This document shows positions 1 through 7,084 of a DNA stretch of 36,085 bases, one piece after another. Positions within the stretch are counted from its first letter, which is position 1; each line of letters begins with the position of its first letter. The DNA is from Actinomycetota bacterium. Its GTDB lineage: Bacteria > Actinomycetota > CADDZG01 > WHSQ01. Position numbers and translations under genes: made by a program. The notes beneath the pieces were generated by a model. That model worked only from the letters and a program-made list of their open reading frames with translations. It searched no databases and had not been told where the DNA came from. The stretch is from the NCBI GenBank assembly GCA_036554505.1, contig DATBND010000305.1, forward strand, positions 1 to 36,085, read 5' to 3'.

Positions 1-91
1 GGCCCGTGCCGTAGAGCGTCCAGAGCACGAACAGGAGCACCCCGACGCCGAGGGAGATCAACAACTTCCCGAAGAACCTGAGGACGCTCAT
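1..91 (-). CDS. N-terminal 30 codons of a membrane-anchored protein (class E sortase-like); gene continues beyond the left edge
   Basis: ATG at 91-89 on the minus strand opens a frame still open at position 1: MSVLRFFGKLLISLGVGVLLFVLWTLYGTG. The short basic tail plus one hydrophobic helix resembles the N-terminal anchor of actinobacterial housekeeping sortases, which often lie near crgA. Only 30 aa are visible, so the family call is weak. Confidence 0.35.
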   Translation of the reverse strand, partial: MSVLRFFGKLLISLGVGVLLFVLWTLYGTG

Positions 92-94
92 GCT

Positions 95-124
95 TTGAGG
101 ATTATCGGCTCGGCCCGTTACTAT
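95..124 (+). promoter_or_regulatory. Candidate crgA promoter (-35 TTGAGG, 18-nt spacer, -10 TACTAT)
   Basis: TTGAGG at 95-100 and TACTAT at 119-124. The -10 ends 9 nt before the crgA ATG at 134, and no Shine-Dalgarno is visible, so the mRNA would be leaderless or nearly so. Pattern match only. Confidence 0.35.
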
Positions 125-133
125 CTCGACGCA

Positions 134-364
134 ATGCCGAAAAGTCGCTCGAAGCGGGTCCAGCGCCAGCCGCCGCCCAAGCCGAAGCCGAAGCAGTCCC
201 CGTGGTGGGTGGGGACGCTGTTCTTCGCGCTGCTCGTCGGCGGCGTGGCCGTCATCATCACGCACTATCTCGGCGTGCTGCCCGGCGGGACGCAGACCTA
301 CCAGCTGCTGGTCGGCCTGGGCCTCATCTCCCTCTCCTTCGTAGTGGCAACGCAGTGGCATTGA
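134..364 (+). CDS. crgA: Cell division protein CrgA
   Basis: 76-aa product starts MPKSRSKRVQRQ, has two hydrophobic helices and ends in TQWH, matching the actinobacterial CrgA pattern (MPKS.. start, ..RWH end). The ORF-track start at 95 is a TTG inside the putative -35, so I prefer the ATG at 134. Confidence 0.85.
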   Translation: MPKSRSKRVQRQPPPKPKPKQSPWWVGTLFFALLVGGVAVIITHYLGVLPGGTQTYQLLVGLGLISLSFVVATQWH

Positions 365-396
365 CGCCCTGATCAGGGAAATAACAACGATGTCGT

Positions 397-428
397 TTAT
401 CCACGCCTGTGGATTCCGCTGTGGATAG
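397..428. promoter_or_regulatory. Cluster of three DnaA-box-like 9-mers
   Basis: TTATCCACG (397-405), TGTGGATTC (408-416, reverse complement GAATCCACA) and TGTGGATAG (420-428, reverse complement CTATCCACA). These match TTATCCACA at 8/9, 7/9 and 8/9, with gaps of 2 and 3 bp. Upstream lie an AT-rich stretch and the perfect palindrome CCCTGATCAGGG (367-378). Confidence 0.55.
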
Positions 429-771
429 AAGCCTCGGCGAGCGCGCCCTCAGGACGCTCCCGGGCCTCGTCCTCGTTGCTCTGGCGGTCACCCTCGGGAT
501 CGCGTTCGGTTATCTGCGGGCCCTCGTCGGGCTCGTGATCGCGGCCGCGATCATGTGGCTCGGCGTCAGCTATTTCCGGGCCGCCGGCGAGGTGCCGCCC
601 GACCCCGAGGCCGCCGACGTCTCGAGCTCGGAGCTGAAGTACGTGTGCTCGGTATGCGGGCTCGAGCTGAAGGTCGAGGTCGCGACGACCGACCGCGCGC
701 CGACCCACTGTCGGGAGTCGATGGAGCTCGTGCGCGCCGAGCCGGGCACGCCCCCGTTGCGGCCGGTCTAG
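409..771 (+). CDS. Hypothetical two-TM membrane protein with C-terminal CxxC-x16-HC zinc-knuckle-like motif
   Basis: 120-aa ORF with GC-rich third positions, two hydrophobic helices (LPGLVLVALAVTLGIAFGYL and LVGLVIAAAIMWLGVSYF) and then KYVCSVCGLELKVEVATTDRAPTHC. The overlapping minus-strand ORF 397..1047 is Arg-rich shadow. Start is uncertain (GTG 409 or GTG 421), and both lie inside the DnaA-box cluster. Confidence 0.55.
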   Translation: MDSAVDRSLGERALRTLPGLVLVALAVTLGIAFGYLRALVGLVIAAAIMWLGVSYFRAAGEVPPDPEAADVSSSELKYVCSVCGLELKVEVATTDRAPTHCRESMELVRAEPGTPPLRPV

Positions 772-780
772 TAGGCGACG

Positions 781-804
781 CCGCGATCGTCGAGACGATC
801 GCGG
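781..804. terminator. Hairpin between convergent genes (possible terminator)
   Basis: CCGCGATCG (781-789) pairs perfectly with CGATCGCGG (796-804) around a 6-nt loop. It sits between the stop at 771 and the thiolase stop at 828. No U-tract follows. Confidence 0.3.
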
Positions 805-827
805 GGGTTCCTCGGGGCCGCTGTCCT

Positions 828-2000
828 CTAGGAGATCCGCTCGATGATCGTCGCGTTCGCGAGCCCGCCGCCCTCGCACATGGTCTGCAATCCGTAGCGA
901 CCGCCGCGCTGCTCGAGCACGTTGACGAGCGTGGTCATGAGCCGGGCACCCGACGCGCCGAGAGGATGGCCGAGAGCAATCGCGCCGCCGTGCACGTTGA
1001 CGCGCTCGTCGAACCACGAGTCGTCGTTGCCTAGCTCCTTCTTCCACGCGAGCACGACGCTCGCAAAGGCCTCGTTGATCTCGACCGCGTCGATGTCGGC
1101 AAGCGTCAGACCGGCCTTCTCGAGGGCCTTCTTCGTCGCGGGGATGGGGCCGGTGAGCATCGTGATCGGATCGGTCCCGGCAAGTGCAAACGACGTGAAG
1201 CGCGCGCGCGGAGTGAGGCCGAGCTCTTCGGCCTTCTCGGGTGTGGTGACGAGCACGGCCGCGGCTCCGTCGGTGATCTGAGACGAGTTGCCTGCAGTCG
1301 TCACTCCGTCGGGGTTGAACGCCGGCATGAGCTGGGCCATCTTCTCGAGGTTTGGCGTGCGGATGCCCTCGTCGGTCTCGAACAGATCCGTCCCGCTATC
1401 GCTTTGGACCTTGATCGGAAAGATCTCGTTCTTGAATGCGCCCGACTGCGTCGCCTCGCCGGCGCGCTCGTGTGAACGCGCGCCCAGCTTGTCGAGGTCC
1501 TCTCGCTTGAGCTCCCAGCGCTCGGCGATCAACTCCGACGAGATGCCCTGGGGCACGAGCCCGCCTTCGTAACGCGACATGAGCCGCTCGCTGAACGGAA
1601 AGCCCTGGGTGGACGCGCTCGAGCCCATGGGCACGCGGGTCATGGACTCGACCCCGCATGCGACCGCAACGTCGTAGGCGCCGGAGATGACTCCTTGCGC
1701 GGCAAAGTGTGCAGCTTGCTGAGACGAGCCGCACTGCCGATCGATCGTGGTAGCCGGGACCTCCTCGGGAAGTCCCGCGGCGAGCCACGCGTTGCGCCCG
1801 ACGTTGAGCGACTGCTCGCCGATCTGCGACACGCAACCGCAGATCACGTCGTCGACCTTCGATGCGTCGATGCCCGAGCGCGCGACGGTTTCGTTCAGCA
1901 CCTCGGCCAGGAGGTCGACCGGATGCCAGTCCTTGAGGGCTCCGTTGCGCTTCCCGAGCGGGGTCCGAACCGCCTCGACTATGACCGCCTCACGCGCCAT
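828..2000 (-). CDS. Acetyl-CoA C-acyltransferase (thiolase)
   Basis: Thiolase hallmarks: MAREAVIVEAVRTPLGKRNG start, active-site Cys region IDRQCGSSQQA, and C-terminal NVHGGAIALGHPLGASGARL and CEGGGLANATIIE. I chose the ATG at 2000 (the typical thiolase N-terminus) over the ORF-track start at 2060. Confidence 0.9.
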   Translation of the reverse strand: MAREAVIVEAVRTPLGKRNGALKDWHPVDLLAEVLNETVARSGIDASKVDDVICGCVSQIGEQSLNVGRNAWLAAGLPEEVPATTIDRQCGSSQQAAHFAAQGVISGAYDVAVACGVESMTRVPMGSSASTQGFPFSERLMSRYEGGLVPQGISSELIAERWELKREDLDKLGARSHERAGEATQSGAFKNEIFPIKVQSDSGTDLFETDEGIRTPNLEKMAQLMPAFNPDGVTTAGNSSQITDGAAAVLVTTPEKAEELGLTPRARFTSFALAGTDPITMLTGPIPATKKALEKAGLTLADIDAVEINEAFASVVLAWKKELGNDDSWFDERVNVHGGAIALGHPLGASGARLMTTLVNVLEQRGGRYGLQTMCEGGGLANATIIERIS

Positions 2001-2206
2001 CTCCACACCGTCCTTTGAGCTCGACGTCGTTCGTCTTCGAAAACTTGACCAGAAGGTCAATTATTCCACGGGGACGTGTCCCGTGGCGCCTGTACGGCGA
2101 CCCTTTGGCCTAAGAACTGGTAGAAATTCGTAGCTTGATTGCGGAGAGCACCCGTCGCTGGGAAGGAAAACTGTTCCCGAGGTCTTGCCACGGAGAAGGG
2201 AATCCG

Positions 2207-2515
2207 GTGTCACAAGCGCCTCCCCCCCTCGAAAGCGATATCGAGATCGTGCAGTGGATGCTCTTCGGAGGGAACATCGCGGAGGCCGAGCGTGAGGAAT
2301 TCTTCTCCGAGCTCGAGGGATTCCGTCACCGCGAACGTACTTCCGAGACCGAGCAGGAGTTCCGTCGGTGGCTAACCAGTTGGATGGTGTCGATTCGCCT
2401 CCACATGGATGAGGACTATCAGCGTCAACGAACGGAATCCCTCGCGCGCTACAACGGAGGGGAAGCAGGGGTCGTCGTAGGCAAAGACGGGTTGCGACAA
2501 CGATTCTCTGCATAA
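2207..2515 (+). CDS. Small acidic helical protein, antitoxin-like (uncharacterised)
   Basis: Open frame 2135..2515. GTG at 2207 follows GAGAAGGGAA (Shine-Dalgarno-like). The product is rich in E/R/W (EREEFFSELEGFRHRERTSETEQEFRRWLTSWMVSIRLHMDEDYQRQ). Its stop lies 3 nt before the start of a RelE/ParE-like ORF. The region has visibly lower GC than its flanks. Function is inferred only from size, charge and position. Confidence 0.4.
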   Translation: MSQAPPPLESDIEIVQWMLFGGNIAEAEREEFFSELEGFRHRERTSETEQEFRRWLTSWMVSIRLHMDEDYQRQRTESLARYNGGEAGVVVGKDGLRQRFSA

Positions 2516-2518
2516 CCG

Positions 2519-2823
2519 ATGGTGGTTTCGACCTGTGGCGGCCGCTGGCGGTTTGCCAACTCCGAGACGGTCGACGAAAAGCTCGAAGAAATCAGCGACG
2601 CCGGCGTGCTCGCGCAGATCGGTGAATCACTGTTCCGGATACTCGAGCATCCGCATGACCCCAGAGGCGTCATTTGGTTCGAACAGCGCGTAGGCCTCTT
2701 TCGCGGTGATCGGGTGGCCTAGGTCGCTCCCAACTGGTCTTGACCTACAAGTTCGCGGATGAATCGCCGGTGGGGGACTGTCTGATCGTCGTGTTTGTCT
2801 TCGGCGAATCCCGACCACGGTAA
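2519..2823 (+). pseudogene. RelE/ParE-like toxin gene interrupted by a frameshift
   Basis: Frame A (2519-2722) reads GRWRFANSETVDEKLEEISDAGVLAQIGESLFRILEHPHDPRG..VGLFRGDRVA-stop and follows the RelE/ParE N-terminal pattern (W-x-hydrophobic strand, helices ending in P..PRG, GD-RV strand). The expected C-terminal strands continue in the frame offset by one base (open from 2710): LVLTYKFADESPVGDCLIVVFVFGESRPR, with stop at 2821-2823. The frame change must lie within 2710-2722. Confidence 0.45.
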
Positions 2824-2891
2824 CGCTGGTGCACAGAGCCGCTCGATCCAAGGGCAATCGCACGCGTTGCTGCTACGCGCCGTGGCTCCGG

Positions 2892-5009
2892 CTAGGCCAG
2901 GCCCGGCACCTCGACGGTCTTCACCAGCGTCACGACCGTGCCGTCGTCGCTGGCCTCGACGTCGACCTCGTCCATCATCGCCTTCATGAGGAACAGGCCC
3001 CGGCCCCCGGAGGCGAACCGGTCGGGGAGCTCGTAGGAGTCGGCCGGCGGGACGTAGCCGGGGCCGTCGTCGGCCACGGTGACCTCGACCCTGCGGCCGT
3101 CGAGCGCGCACCGGACCCGCAGCTCGCTTCGGCCCGAGGGGCTGCGACCATGGCGACACGCGTTCGCGACCGCCTCGCCGACGGCGAGCTGCACCTCGGA
3201 CGACACGTCGACGCTGACGCGTAGGTCGGCGAGGAAACCCGCCACGAACTGCCGGACCTCGGAGATGCGCGACGGCTCGTTGGGAAGCACGAGCTCGCGC
3301 ACGGGCTCGCCGAGCATCGTGTCGGGAGTGACCTGACAGACAAGCAGCGCGATGTCATCGCGCAGCTCGCCGTCCGGTACCCACGCGTCGACCGATCGCC
3401 TGATGGCCTGGACGAGCTCGCCCGGCGAACCGATGCCGTAGTCCTTCACGATGTCCATGAAGTGACCCTGTCCGAACGGCCTGCCGAAGCGCGGCGCCTC
3501 GGTCACCCCGTCGGTGTAGAGGACGAGCGTGTCGCCGGGCTCGAGATCGATCACCCCGGCCTTGTAGCTCGCGTCGCTCTCGACGCCGAGCGCGATGCCA
3601 CCCTCGCCGAGCCACTCGACCTCTTGTGTCCCGGCTCGATAAACGACCGGCGGGACGTGGCCCGCGTTCGCGTACTCGAGGACGGCGCGCTCGGGGTTGA
3701 GCACGGCGACGAGCATCCTGACGAAGCGCTCGGACCGTCCTTGCGCGTAGACGTGCGCGTTCATCCGATCGAGCAAGCGCGCCGGGTCGGTCTCGGCTGC
3801 CGCGAACGACTTCAGGGAATAGCGCGCGAGCGCGGCGTCGTTGGCCGCGGCCGGGCCGATGCCGGAGACGTCGCCGAGCACGAGCGCGACCTTTCCGTCG
3901 CTGAGCGATACGAAATCGTAGAAGTCGCCGCACACTGCTTTCGTCCCGGCCGCCGGGATGTAGTGCGCGACCAGGCTGACACGCGGCAGGCTGGGCACGG
4001 CCTCCGGCAGAAGGCCGCGCTGATAGCTCTCGGCGGTCTTGCGCGCGCGCTCGTACAGCTCCTCGACCTCGTCGGCGCGCGCGACCGCCTCGGTGACGTC
4101 GGTGTACACGTCGATGCGGCCGACGAGCTCACCGGCGTCGTCGGTGGCGGGCCCGGAGTAGAGGCGGAGCTGCCGGCGCTCCGGGATGATCTGCTCGATC
4201 TGGACGCGCAGCTCCACGAGCGGGTCGTCGCGCACTTGCTGGAACGTCTCCATGAATCCTTCGGGGTCCTCCGTCTTGCGTGCGATGGTTCGAAGAAGCT
4301 CGACGCCCGGCTCCCCCAGGTACGCCTCGGGATCGACCTCGAGCAAGTCGCCCGCGCGGCGATTGACGACGCGCACCACTCCCTCGCTTGTGCGGAACAC
4401 GATCGCTTCGTCGACCGCGTCGAGCACGGCAAGAAGGCGGTGCCGCACTGCGGTGGCGAGGCGGTGCTCCTCCTGCTCGCCCTTGTAGTGAGAGCGAAGC
4501 TCACTGCCGAGCAAGCCGGCGACCGAGCCCGACAGAACGAAGATCCCGCAGTTCAACGCGATGGCGATGGCGTTCGGCAACGGTCCGGTCAGCTCGGCGA
4601 CGGCGAGGTAGGACGCAGCGCTCAGCGCAGTCGCGATCAACGTCGGGTAGAGGCCGCCGACCAGGCCGGTGGCTGCGATGACGGCGACGAACACGAGCTG
4701 CACCGATCGGACCTCGCCTCTCAGCACCCCGTAGATGGCGCTCGCGAACGCGAGGCTTCCGGCAACGCCCAGCCAGAGAATCCACGGGCGCGCCCCCCGG
4801 CGCGGCAACAGGATGCGGAAGTACACGCCCAGCCAGACCAACAGGAGGGCGTCGAGGACGAGCGCCTGCTTGAAGGTCGAGGGCTGGAGGTCGGCGATCG
4901 CCAGCACCGCGACGATCAAGAGTGCCGTGCCCCAGCCGGTCAGCTCGGCGACGTGCGCGGCCCACCGAAAGCTCCCCTTCTGCACTCCCGGCCGGCCTCT
5001 AGCGATCAT
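2892..5009 (-). CDS. Membrane-bound PAS / PP2C (SpoIIE) phosphatase fused to an RsbW-like HATPase (anti-sigma kinase) domain
   Basis: 705 aa. The first ~170 residues contain about five or six hydrophobic helices. A PAS-like segment follows (LLAVLDAVDEAIVFRTSEGVVRVVNRRAGDLLEV). SpoIIE motifs are present: CGDFYDF, LVLGDVSGIGPAAANDAA, LVLYTDGVTEA, DDIALLV. The C-terminal GHKL fold shows LAVGEAVANACRHG, VTVADDGPGY and GGRGLFLMKAMMDEV. Confidence 0.85.
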   Translation of the reverse strand: MIARGRPGVQKGSFRWAAHVAELTGWGTALLIVAVLAIADLQPSTFKQALVLDALLLVWLGVYFRILLPRRGARPWILWLGVAGSLAFASAIYGVLRGEVRSVQLVFVAVIAATGLVGGLYPTLIATALSAASYLAVAELTGPLPNAIAIALNCGIFVLSGSVAGLLGSELRSHYKGEQEEHRLATAVRHRLLAVLDAVDEAIVFRTSEGVVRVVNRRAGDLLEVDPEAYLGEPGVELLRTIARKTEDPEGFMETFQQVRDDPLVELRVQIEQIIPERRQLRLYSGPATDDAGELVGRIDVYTDVTEAVARADEVEELYERARKTAESYQRGLLPEAVPSLPRVSLVAHYIPAAGTKAVCGDFYDFVSLSDGKVALVLGDVSGIGPAAANDAALARYSLKSFAAAETDPARLLDRMNAHVYAQGRSERFVRMLVAVLNPERAVLEYANAGHVPPVVYRAGTQEVEWLGEGGIALGVESDASYKAGVIDLEPGDTLVLYTDGVTEAPRFGRPFGQGHFMDIVKDYGIGSPGELVQAIRRSVDAWVPDGELRDDIALLVCQVTPDTMLGEPVRELVLPNEPSRISEVRQFVAGFLADLRVSVDVSSEVQLAVGEAVANACRHGRSPSGRSELRVRCALDGRRVEVTVADDGPGYVPPADSYELPDRFASGGRGLFLMKAMMDEVDVEASDDGTVVTLVKTVEVPGLA

Positions 5010-5076
5010 CTTTTCGACCCAGCGCTCGATCCGTGGCTTATGTGCCTCTCGTGCGTGCTCGAAGGACTACCTCACC

Positions 5077-6549
5077 CTAATCAACGTCGTGGATCGTCCA
5101 TCGTTCATTCGTCGCGTCGGCGCGCCCAGTCTTGGCCAGCAATTCCAGATGTGCACGGACGGAATGAGCCGCGATCGGATGCAGGTGCTCGGGGGTGTCG
5201 ACGTAGACGCGCGCGACGATCTCCTCGACGGTCGAGGCCCCGCTTCGAAGCGCGTCGACGATCGCCGCCTCGCGCTCGAGACGGTGCGCGATGTAGCGCT
5301 CGATCACCGCGGTGCCACCGTCGAGCGGAGGCCAGTGGCCGGGGTAGATGCGACTGAGGCGAAAGCCGAGCAGCCGGCGAAGGCTGGCCAGGTAGTCGCC
5401 CATGTCGCCGTCGGGGGGCGCGATAACGGCCGTCCCCTCGCCCAGCACGGCATCGCCGGAGAACAAGCTCGCGCCTCCCTCCAGCCAGAAGCACAGGTGA
5501 TCGGACGCATGCCCGGGGGTGTGCAGCACGTGCATGCGAGCGCCCCCCGCCTCGAGGATCTCGCCGTCGGATAGGGGCTCGGCGGGCGCGTGGCCCGCGG
5601 GAGCGCGGCCCCACGCGCGCACCGGCGCTCCCGTGCGCGCGGCGAGGGCCGCGGCCCCCCCGACGTGATCCGAATGGCGGTGAGTGACGAGGATCGCCGC
5701 GACGTCCCCCGCGGTGGCCGCGACCGCGTCGACGTAATCCGGGCCGTCGACTGCCGGGTCGATCACGAACGCCGGCGCGGTGCCGACGACGTAAGTATTC
5801 GTGCCCGGCCCCGTCATCACGCCCGCGTTGGGGGCCACGATCAGCTGGACCAGCGGGGACAGCCTCGTGGCGCCGAGCGTGGCGCGCGCCTCGGACGGCC
5901 TCAGCGAATCGATGATCTGCGCGACGGACTCCTGTCCGACGAGCCGTTGCAGCATCTCGATCGTGGGAGGGGCCATCAACGAACGACCCGCGTCGCGCTC
6001 GGCGAGCGCGTCGGACGGACGGGACCACCACGCCGCTTCGACCTCGCCCGGATCGCGCACGGGCTCCCAACCCTCGGGCGCGGTCGTCACGAAGAAGAAA
6101 GTGTCGAAGCGGATGGGCGATCCCTGCGGCGTTACCCATCGCCCGGCGGGGACCAGCCGGTCCGTCGCCAGCACGATGCCCTCCTCTAGACAACGCTCGA
6201 GGAAGCGCGCGGGGTCGTCCGCGTCGACCGGACGCAGGGATATTGAGCCCGTGCCGACTGCGATCCAGCCCACCTCCTCGAACGTCTCGCGGACGGCGCA
6301 CACGAACGCGCCCAGAGCGAGGATCTCGTCCACCGGCGCGAGAGCGGCGGCCGCGGCTTGCCTGGTGAGCGCCGACACGCGCTCCCAGCCCTCGTCGAGG
6401 TCGACGGCATCGATCGCGCCGCCGGGGAACACGGTCGCCCCGCCCATGAAACGCAGACGCTCCGGGCGGCGCGTCAGGAGCACCTCGGGACCGTCATCCC
6501 CGTCCCGGAGGAGGACGAGCGTGGCGGCAGGGCGCGGAGCACTCGTCAT
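5077..6549 (-). CDS. Fusion protein: N-terminal Nudix-like domain plus C-terminal MBL-fold (LACTB2/glyoxalase II-like) metallo-hydrolase
   Basis: The N-terminal half has a split Nudix box (ATVFPGGAID ... AVRETFEEVGW). The C-terminal half has the MBL motifs ILVTHRHSDHVGG (HxHxDH) and LHTPGHASDH, then a helical tail. I chose the ATG at 6549 (MTSAPRPAATLVLLRDG). Confidence 0.8.
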   Translation of the reverse strand: MTSAPRPAATLVLLRDGDDGPEVLLTRRPERLRFMGGATVFPGGAIDAVDLDEGWERVSALTRQAAAAALAPVDEILALGAFVCAVRETFEEVGWIAVGTGSISLRPVDADDPARFLERCLEEGIVLATDRLVPAGRWVTPQGSPIRFDTFFFVTTAPEGWEPVRDPGEVEAAWWSRPSDALAERDAGRSLMAPPTIEMLQRLVGQESVAQIIDSLRPSEARATLGATRLSPLVQLIVAPNAGVMTGPGTNTYVVGTAPAFVIDPAVDGPDYVDAVAATAGDVAAILVTHRHSDHVGGAAALAARTGAPVRAWGRAPAGHAPAEPLSDGEILEAGGARMHVLHTPGHASDHLCFWLEGGASLFSGDAVLGEGTAVIAPPDGDMGDYLASLRRLLGFRLSRIYPGHWPPLDGGTAVIERYIAHRLEREAAIVDALRSGASTVEEIVARVYVDTPEHLHPIAAHSVRAHLELLAKTGRADATNERWTIHDVD

Positions 6550-6629
6550 CGTCTCGGGCACGCCGGAAGAAGCGGACACATGCAAACGGTATGTTCTCTC
6601 CTTAGCTGGTCGATCCAAAGGAGGCTTCA

Positions 6630-7016
6630 GTGGCAATCAAGTTCCTCACGGAAGAGTGGGCGACGACGATGACGGACGCTCTCAACGCGTCGCAGGACTT
6701 CCAGAACGCGGCGAGCGGACAGCAAGTGAAGCTGCAGCAGGTCGTGACGGATGCTCCCGAGGGCGAGTCGAAGTACTACTTCACGATCGACGGAGGCAAG
6801 GCCCAGGTCGGCCTCGGGGAGATCGCCGACGCCGAGGCGACGATCACTCAGAACTACGAGACCGCGGTGGCGATCAACAAGCAGGAGCTCAACGCCCAGA
6901 ACGCGTTCATGCAGGGGAAGCTCAAGATCGCGGGCAACATGATGAAGCTCATGCAGCTCCAGGGCGTCTTCACGGCGATGCCCAAGGCCGTCGACGGGAT
7001 CGAGGTCGAGTACTAG
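6630..7016 (+). CDS. SCP2 sterol/lipid-binding domain protein
   Basis: 128 aa. GTG start follows AAAGGAGG. The N-terminus is MAIKFLTEEWATTM, and the SCP2-type C-terminus is NAQNAFMQGKLKIAGNMMKLMQLQGVF. Confidence 0.85.
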   Translation: MAIKFLTEEWATTMTDALNASQDFQNAASGQQVKLQQVVTDAPEGESKYYFTIDGGKAQVGLGEIADAEATITQNYETAVAINKQELNAQNAFMQGKLKIAGNMMKLMQLQGVFTAMPKAVDGIEVEY

Positions 7017-7032
7017 GCCGTTTCACCGCAAC

Positions 7033-7069
7033 AAAAAAGGACCCTCCCGGCCGGGAGGGTCCTTTCTTT
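7033..7069. terminator. Bidirectional intrinsic terminator
   Basis: Perfect 24-bp palindrome GGACCCTCCCGG/CCGGGAGGGTCC (7039-7062), flanked by AAAAAA (7033-7038) and TTTCTTT (7063-7069). It lies between the convergent SCP2 and RlpA-like genes. Confidence 0.75.
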
Positions 7070-7084
7070 ATGTCCGGTCGGCGG

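Noticed and set aside
2627-2863. 78-aa minus-strand ORF antisense to the RelE/ParE-like gene (its end reads ITAKEAYALFEPNDASGVMRMLEYPEQ)
   Set aside because: Only the last ~27 residues look protein-like and the rest is Arg/Pro-rich. The plus-strand reading has better third-position GC bias, a recognisable toxin layout, tight spacing to the upstream ORF and a continuation in the adjacent frame.
3462-5357. 631-aa plus-strand ORF antisense to the SpoIIE-family gene. Similar long ORFs occur at 397..1047 (-), 5801..7402 (+), 16957..18756 (+), 29203..30684 (+), 30684..32336 (+) and 34001..35308 (+).
   Set aside because: All are mirror-strand shadows of strongly supported genes in high-GC DNA. Their products are Arg/Ala/Pro/Gly-rich with no motifs, and they overlap genes with unmistakable family signatures (thiolase, gyrA, gyrB, dnaN).
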